From Octopus sinensis (Eukaryota), in NCBI RefSeq assembly GCF_006345805.1, contig NW_021825506.1, forward strand, positions 1 to 15,304: a stretch of 15,304 bases of DNA. Reading direction: 5' to 3'. Below the pieces are notes generated by a model that saw only the letters and a list, made by a program, of their open reading frames with translations, was not told the origin of the DNA and did not search any database. Of this stretch, positions 9,667-15,304 are shown one piece after another. Both the position numbers and the translations under genes were made by a program. The first letter of the stretch is position 1. Every line of letters begins with the position of its first letter.

Positions 9667-9832
9667 TACGACAGGCTTCTTTCAGTTTCCGTCTACCAAA
9701 TCCACTCACAAGGCTTTGGTCGGCCCGAGGCTATAGTAGAAGACACTTGCCCAAGGTGCCACACAGTGGGACTGTACTCGGAACCATGTGATTGGTTAGC
9801 AAGCTACTTACCACACAGCCACTCCTGCGCCT
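9398..9832 (-). mobile_element. Family B SINE copy 3, full length
   Basis: Reverse complement of 7813-8416 without the nested insert; (GAGTAAAA)n-like tail; head AGGCGCAGGAGTGGCTGTGTGG. Confidence 0.92.
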
Positions 9833-9912
9833 AACTGCAAACGATTTCACAAGCGTTCATCGATATTGATTGGGTATAGATATCTTCTATTGTTGTTATC
9901 TTCTATATTCTA

Positions 9913-10309
9913 CTTGCAGTATCACCCGGCGTTGCTCGGGTTTGTAAGGGAAATAACTATATAAGCATTTTTAGAAAGTTATAGCCAAAAACTAGCAAAA
10001 AATGCATTAAAAATGGAAAAAAAAATGATGGTAAATTTAAAACAAAATCGTTGACTCATCGTAGACATTTTTAGAGAGTTACTTCCCTTATATAATAGCG
10101 AAAAATGCATTAAAATGGAAAAAAATTATGGTAAAATATTTTAAAAATCGTAGACTCATTGTAGACGCGCGCTAATACCCAGAAGGGCTCGATATGAATC
10201 ACGACTATAAGATATCCAGTTTTGGTTAAACTGCACTGCAAAATGTGGGAGTAGTTAGGAATCTAAATCGTAGGAGACAGACACACAACTTCACTTTTAT
10301 ATATAAAGA
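9913..10309 (-). mobile_element. Non-autonomous Helitron H1 (397 bp)
   Basis: Minus strand A|TC 5' end at 10310/10309; 3' hairpin (plus 9925-9940 CCCGGCGTTGCTCGGG) 12 nt from a CAAG|T end (CTAG with one change); no TSD; short GACA repeat near the 5' end. Confidence 0.8.
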
Positions 10310-10498
10310 TATAGTCGAACGGGCAAAATAGAAATAGAGAGACAGCTAGACAGAGAGAAAGAAAGGAAGGTAAAGATCCAGAAAATAATCGAGTTGATTC
10401 AGAAAACTGGAAATTGAAACTTCTGTCGCCAGGTACGAAAGCTTAGCAAAAACAAGGAGCTGTTGACCCAAACCATAAGATTATTAAAAACAGAATTG

Positions 10499-10819
10499 GG
10501 TAAAGATCCCTTTCCGTCGTGAATGACCATACGATTGCACCTAGAAAGTTCCCATCCGAGGCACAAGTCCGGGAAAGGCTGTTTATGGATGACCAGCAGT
10601 CACCCATGCAAGCCAGTCTCCCCCTCTTTACAGCACTGATGTTATCCAAGGGAAAGGCAAAGGGCCCGATACAGCTTGGCACCAGTGACTTTGCAACTCT
10701 TTTCTACAGCTGAGTGAACTGGAGCAACGTGAAATAAAGTGTCTTGCTCAAGAACACAACACACAGCCCGGTCAAGGAATCGAACTCATGGTCGTGAGCA
10801 CTGAGCCATGCGCCTTCAC
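10499..10819 (-). mobile_element. tRNA-derived SINE (family C) with shortened head and a 6-bp TSD
   Basis: Head GTGAAGGCGCATGGCTCAGTG, B box GTTCGATTCC, CORE-like TTCTTGAGCAAGACACTT; GAATTG at 10493-10498 and 10820-10825; 10591-10810 is ~94% identical to 14383-14601. Confidence 0.85.
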
Positions 10820-10904
10820 GAATTGCATTCTCTTTAAAGAGTTACGCAGTATCCTCCAAAATATATAACACGTTGAAGGACTATAAAGTCCGTGTTATTA
10901 AAAT

Positions 10905-11368
10905 ACAAAATTTGATAGCATCTGTGGACAAAATTTAATAGAATCTGTGAACAAAATTTAATAGAATCTGTGAACAAAATTTAATGGAATCTGTAAACAA
11001 AATTTAATAGAATCTGTGAACAAAATTTAATAGAATCTGTGAACAAAATTTAATAGAATCTGTGGACAAAATTTAATAGAATCTGTGAACAAAATTTAAT
11101 AGAATCTGTGGACAAAATTTAATAGAATCTGTGAACAAAATTTAATAGAATCTGTGGACAAAATTTAATAGAATCTGTAGACAAAATTTAATAGAATCTG
11201 TGAACAAAATTTAATAGAATCTGTGAACAAAATTTAATAGAATCTGTGGACAAAATTTAATAGAATCTGTGGACAAAATTTAATAGAATCTGTGGACAAA
11301 ATTTAATAGAATCTGTGGACAAAATTTAATAGAATCTGTGAACAAAATTTAATAGAATCTGTGGACAA
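10905..11368 (+). repeat. Tandem satellite, 20 x 23 bp (ACAAAATTTAATAGAATCTGTGG/A)
   Basis: Exact 23-bp period from 10905 to 11364 plus a partial unit; variation is almost limited to the last base. Confidence 0.97.
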
Positions 11369-11938
11369 CCTAATTTTTTTTATAGAAACGTCTATCTTCA
11401 CACAGAGGATCGTTCTGGTCCAAGCACTGTTGCTAATGTGAAGTAAATAAATTGCAAACATCAAGAAATATTTCCATGGTATTTCTGCGCGTTCAATGTC
11501 CGTCCTCAATTCATCGACTGTTGCTGGGTTTGTATCTTAAGCTTTATCGTTTATCTCCATGAAAATAAGTGTCTCATGGTGTGATGTTTGGTGAACGTGG
11601 AGAGTATTCCTCTAAACCTCTTCGTCCAACCCACCCGTTTAACAAAATCTTATCAAGGTTGGCCTTAACATTACTGTGATAATGTTGAGAAATAAAATTC
11701 CGAAGCTTCTAAAGTTCTCTCGAAAACTTCACATGACAAACTGTCGTAGAGAGTTCAAATAATTGTGACCGATGATATTACCGTAAAAAAGATGGTTTAA
11801 TTAATTCTCTGAATGATAAGCCACACCATACTGTAATTCTTTGTAGATTTGAATTATGCTCCTCCGTAATATATGGATTCTCAGGTTCCCAGTAAATGCA
11901 ACTGTGGTGGTTAATTGAGCAATTTAATTTTAATATAA

Positions 11939-12061
11939 ATTCATATACATACATAGTCTTTTAGTACAACAAGTCCAAGAAATAATTTTTCTGTCGCTTC
12001 ACACCTTTCTCTCTGCCTCCTTCTCTCTCTCTCTCTCTCTTTATGTTCATCATTTGTTGTT
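11939..12061 (-). repeat. 123-bp segment, inverted copy of 14970-15122
   Basis: Unique-(GA)n-unique-TATG layout; about 8 substitutions outside the (GA)n. Confidence 0.85.
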
Positions 12062-12236
12062 CTAAACAATCTTTGTTGGAAAGTGTGCATCTTGAACACA
12101 TCTTGGAAAATTCCACTCTTTGGTCTGGATCAAATTAAATGAGTTCATTGACCATTCTTTGGATGTCTCTTTTCCGATGAAAGGGCTTTAAAATGCGATG
12201 GACTTTAGATCTTGAAATCCCTGTCTCTCGACTCAC

Positions 12237-12627
12237 TCTCTCTTTTACTCTTTTACTTGTTTCAGTCATTTGACTGCGGCCATGCTGGAGCACCACCTTT
12301 AATCGAGCAACTCAACCCCGGGACTTATTCTTTGTAAGCCCAGTACTTGTTCTATCGGTCTCTTTTGCCGAACCGCTAAGTGACGGGGACATAAACACAC
12401 CAGCATCGGTTGTCAAGCAATGCTAGGGGGACAAGCACAGACAAACAAACATATATATATATACGACGGGCTTCTTTCAGTTTCCGTCTACCAAATCCAC
12501 TCACATGGCTTTGGTCGGCCCGAGGCTATAGTAGAAGACACTTGCCCAAGGTGCCACGCAGCGGGACTGAACCCGGAACCATGTGGTTGGTAAACAAGCT
12601 ACTTACCACACCGCCACTCCTACGCCT
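12237..12627 (-). mobile_element. Family B SINE copy 4, full length with a short spacer, nested in the mariner fossil
   Basis: Collinear with 9398-9832; internal microsatellite only ~35 nt. Confidence 0.92.
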
Positions 12628-12770
12628 TGTGTATATATTTCTTTGAATCCAGACAGTACTTCCTTTCTAGCACTCTTTCTTGCTTTGTGGGGCTCGTCTA
12701 TGCCGCGGTCCCCTGGAGCCTTCCTTGGGCACATTCTCAGCAGTTCCATCTACTTCAAACTTATTTCTAA

Positions 12771-13161
12771 CTACCAGTATCGCCCGGCGTTGCTCGGGTT
12801 TGTTTCGACCCTTTAGAATTGGAATTTTTGAAAAGTAAAAATTTTACATTATGTAGCTTGTTATTCTCTTTAAGTGAACATTTTTCTGGTTGAAATACAC
12901 CGAAAAATGGCGACACAGCAGTAAAAAAAATCGTACAAAATAGAGATTTTCATAGAAAAAAAGCACCATTTCTATGTAAATAATTTTTGGTGCTAACATG
13001 GTCCAATTTGAATGTTTTCTTCTACGGAAGGAAGAGCAAGCCTTCTTCTATCATACTCTCAATTTTGGTCAACTTGCACCGCAGGGTCTCGGAGGAAATA
13101 GTGTTAGTTGAAGGCTACCAAACCTGCCACACACAGACAACTTCAGCTTTATATATATAGA
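12771..13161 (-). mobile_element. Non-autonomous Helitron H2 (391 bp)
   Basis: TC 5' end at 13161-13160; hairpin 12783-12798; GTAG|T 3' end; roughly 90% identical to H3. Confidence 0.85.
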
Positions 13162-13551
13162 CTAGCAGTATCGCCCGGCGTTGCTCGGGTTTGTTTTGAC
13201 CCTTTAGAATCGGAATTTTTGAAAAGTAAAAATCTTGCATTATGTAGCTTGTTATTTTGCTGTAAGTGAATATTTTTCTGGTTGAAATACACCGAAAAAG
13301 GGCGACACAGCAGTAAAAAAAATCGTAAAAAATAGGGATTTTCATAGAAAAAAATCACCTTTTTTATGTAAATAATTTTTGGTGTTAACATGGTTCGATT
13401 TGAATTTTTTCTTCTTCGGAATGAAGAGCAAGCCTTCTTCTATCATACACTCAATTTTGGTTAACTTGGGTCTCGGAGGAGATAGTGTTAGTTGAAGGCT
13501 ACCAAACCTGCCATACACAGACAGACAACTTCTGCTTTATATAAAGAGAGA
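13162..13551 (-). mobile_element. Non-autonomous Helitron H3 (390 bp), head-to-tail with H2
   Basis: A|TC 5' end at 13552/13551; hairpin 13174-13189; intact CTAG 3' end at 13165-13162. Confidence 0.88.
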
Positions 13552-13771
13552 TTCGAGTCATGATAAATCGCACAGATGGAAGTATTTGAAACTCCTTTCT
13601 AAACAGTCTTTGTATATCGACTGCGTTTCCGGCCTCCCAGTTGTACTTCAGGAATACATTTCCTTCGTTCAGTGTTTAGTTCCGTTCCCCATTTCATATT
13701 GTAAAAATCTAAAAAGAAATAGAAGTTAAATTATGAGCTGTTAAATTGTGTATATTTTTTTGGCAACACCT

Positions 13772-14705
13772 TATGTATGTATGTATGTATGTATGTATGT
13801 ATGTATGTATGTATGTATGTATGTATGTATGTATGTATGTATGTATGTATGTATAATGTATGTATGTATGTATGCATGTATATATGTATGTATGTATATA
13901 TGTATGTATATATGTATGCATGTATGTATGTATGTACGTATGAATGTATGCATGTATGTATGTATATATGTATGTATGTATGTATGTATATATGTATGTA
14001 TATATGTATGTATATAGGTATGCATGTATGTATTTATGTATGTATGTATGTATGTATATATGTATGTATGCATGTATGTATGTATGCATGCATGTATGTA
14101 TGCATGTATATATGTATGTATATATGTATGTATATATGTATGTATGTATATATGTTTGCATGTATATATGTATGTATGTATATATGAATTTATGTATGTA
14201 TGTATGCATGTATGTATGTACGTATGTATGTATGTATAAATGTATGTATGTATGTATGTATGTATGTATGTATGTATGTATGTATGTATGTATGTATGTA
14301 GTAGGTATGTATGTATTATGTATGTATGTGTGTGTATTATGTATGTATGTATGTATGTATGTATGTATGTATGTATGTATGTGACCAGCAGTCACCCATG
14401 CAAGCCAGTCTCCCCTCTTCACACCACCGATGTTATCCAAGGGAATGGCAAAGGGCCCGATACAGCTTGGCACCAGTGACGTTGCAACTCGTTTCTACAG
14501 ATGAGTGAACTGGAGCAACGTGAAATAAAGTGTCTTGCTCAAGAACACAACACGCAGCCCGGTCCGGGAATCGAACTCATGATCATGAGCACTGAGCCAT
14601 GTATGTATATATGTTTGCATGTATGTATGTATGTACGTATGTATGTATGTATAAATGTATGTATGTATGTATGAATGTATGTATGTGTGTATGTATGTAT
14701 ATGCG
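13772..14705 (+). repeat. (TATG)n microsatellite array interrupted by a SINE fragment
   Basis: (TATG)n 13772-14381 and ~14602-14705, with TATA/CATG/TACG variants. Confidence 0.95.
14382..14601 (-). mobile_element. Family C SINE fragment truncated at both ends, inside (TATG)n
   Basis: 12 substitutions and 1 indel against 10590-10810; lacks the first ~9 nt and last ~90 nt; no TSD. Confidence 0.88.
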
Positions 14706-14969
14706 TGCGTCTGTGTATGTTTGCGTATTTGCGTGGTTGTGCGTGTCTGCGTGGATGTGAATATACTTTCTTTGTTTTAAAATTTCTTTGTTTACGGGTG
14801 TCTTACGGGTGTTGGGTATTGTGTTCTGTCCATCATAACTATTAATTTCCTAACTCAATTGGGAAATATAATTTGCTTATTTCCCCTCCAAAACTAATTT
14901 CCTGGCAGACATTATATACATTAAACGACAATTATTGACACAAACGAAAATAAAGTAAAAAAAAAAACA

Positions 14970-14989
14970 AACAACAAATGATGAATATA

Positions 14990-15029
<40 letters not shown>

Positions 15030-15122
15030 CAGAGAGAGAAGGAGGTAGAGAGAAAGGTGTGAAGCGACAGAAAAATTACTTATTGGACTTGTTGCACTAA
15101 GCGACTATGTATGTATATGAAT
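14970..15122 (+). repeat. Partner of the 11939-12061 segment, with a longer (GA)n
   Basis: AACAACAAATGATGAA...(GA)n...GGTGTGAAGCGACAGAAAAATTA...GACTATGTATGTATATGAAT. Confidence 0.85.
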
Positions 15123-15219
15123 ATACATATATACATACATATGTATATACATATATACATACATACATGAATATACATATATACATACATATGTATATAC
15201 ATATATACATACATAGATA

Positions 15220-15301
<82 letters not shown>

Positions 15302-15304
15302 TGA
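15106..15304 (+). repeat. Mixed TATG/TACA/(TA)n microsatellite
   Basis: Directly visible. Confidence 0.9.

Larger units (their letters stand above)
11385..13697 (-). pseudogene. Disrupted mariner-like transposase
   Basis: LKYNWEAGNAVDIQRLFRKEF..TRIRNKFEVDG (13650-12745); SRETGISRSKVHRILK..DPDQRVEF..DAHFPTKIV (12231-12062); LNCSINHHSCIYWEPENPYITEE..ITVWCGLS (11930-11815); HYHSNVKANLD..WVGRRG..YSPRSPNITP*D..NPATVDELRTDIERA (11685-11485). Multiple stops and frameshifts; QQDG motif deleted. Confidence 0.85.
10843..13773 (-). mobile_element. Tc1/mariner-superfamily fossil (probably DD41D/rosa-type), ~1.2 kb after removing nested insertions
   Basis: Transposase remnants run in order on the minus strand. 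TA-bounded, degenerate TIR-like ends at 10843-10875 and 13741-13773 only weakly match each other. Confidence 0.75.

Noticed and set aside
10369-10509. 11-bp direct repeat GGTAAAGATCC at 10369 and 10499
   Set aside because: Does not flank a recognisable element; the SINE's TSD is better explained by GAATTG; probably chance.
10905-11368. Possible CRISPR array
   Set aside because: Units are contiguous with no unique spacers, there are no cas genes, and the context is eukaryotic.
5402-12816. Short ORFs overlapping SINE copies (e.g. 5402-5654, 7599-7914, 8233-8427, 9579-9834, 10443-10713, 12410-12646)
   Set aside because: Chance open frames within or across non-coding SINE sequence.
13709-14508. 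YIHT/MYVC-repeat ORFs
   Set aside because: Products of (TATG)n plus a SINE fragment.
11939-15122. The 123/153-bp inverted pair as TIRs of one 3.2-kb transposon
   Set aside because: The mariner frame continues on both sides of the left copy and the mariner end lies between the pair, so the left copy is an isolated insertion.

Overview
Eukaryotic, repeat-saturated, most likely intronic or intergenic DNA. The SINE, MITE and microsatellite landscape resembles octopus (coleoid cephalopod) genomic DNA; this is inferred from pattern recall, not from a search. There is no convincing intact protein-coding gene, and nearly all supplied ORFs are artefacts of simple repeats. Supported content: (i) three families of tRNA-headed SINEs (7 copies or fragments); (ii) three ~390-bp non-autonomous Helitrons, two forming an exact head-to-tail dimer; (iii) a minus-strand Tc1/mariner fossil (probably DD41D/rosa-type) that reassembles to ~1.2 kb once four nested events are removed; (iv) a decayed hAT (Charlie/GTF2IRD2-like) transposase; (v) a 20 x 23-bp satellite, a CA-rich minisatellite with a 274-bp higher-order period, and a ~2.7-kb G-depleted trinucleotide tract. 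The most interesting signal is an ~85-bp-arm inverted repeat at 5812-5997 in which each arm carries a minimal hammerhead-ribozyme-like motif with a non-canonical core (CCGACGA for CUGANGA), as expected of Penelope-like element termini. All alignments and counts were done by eye.
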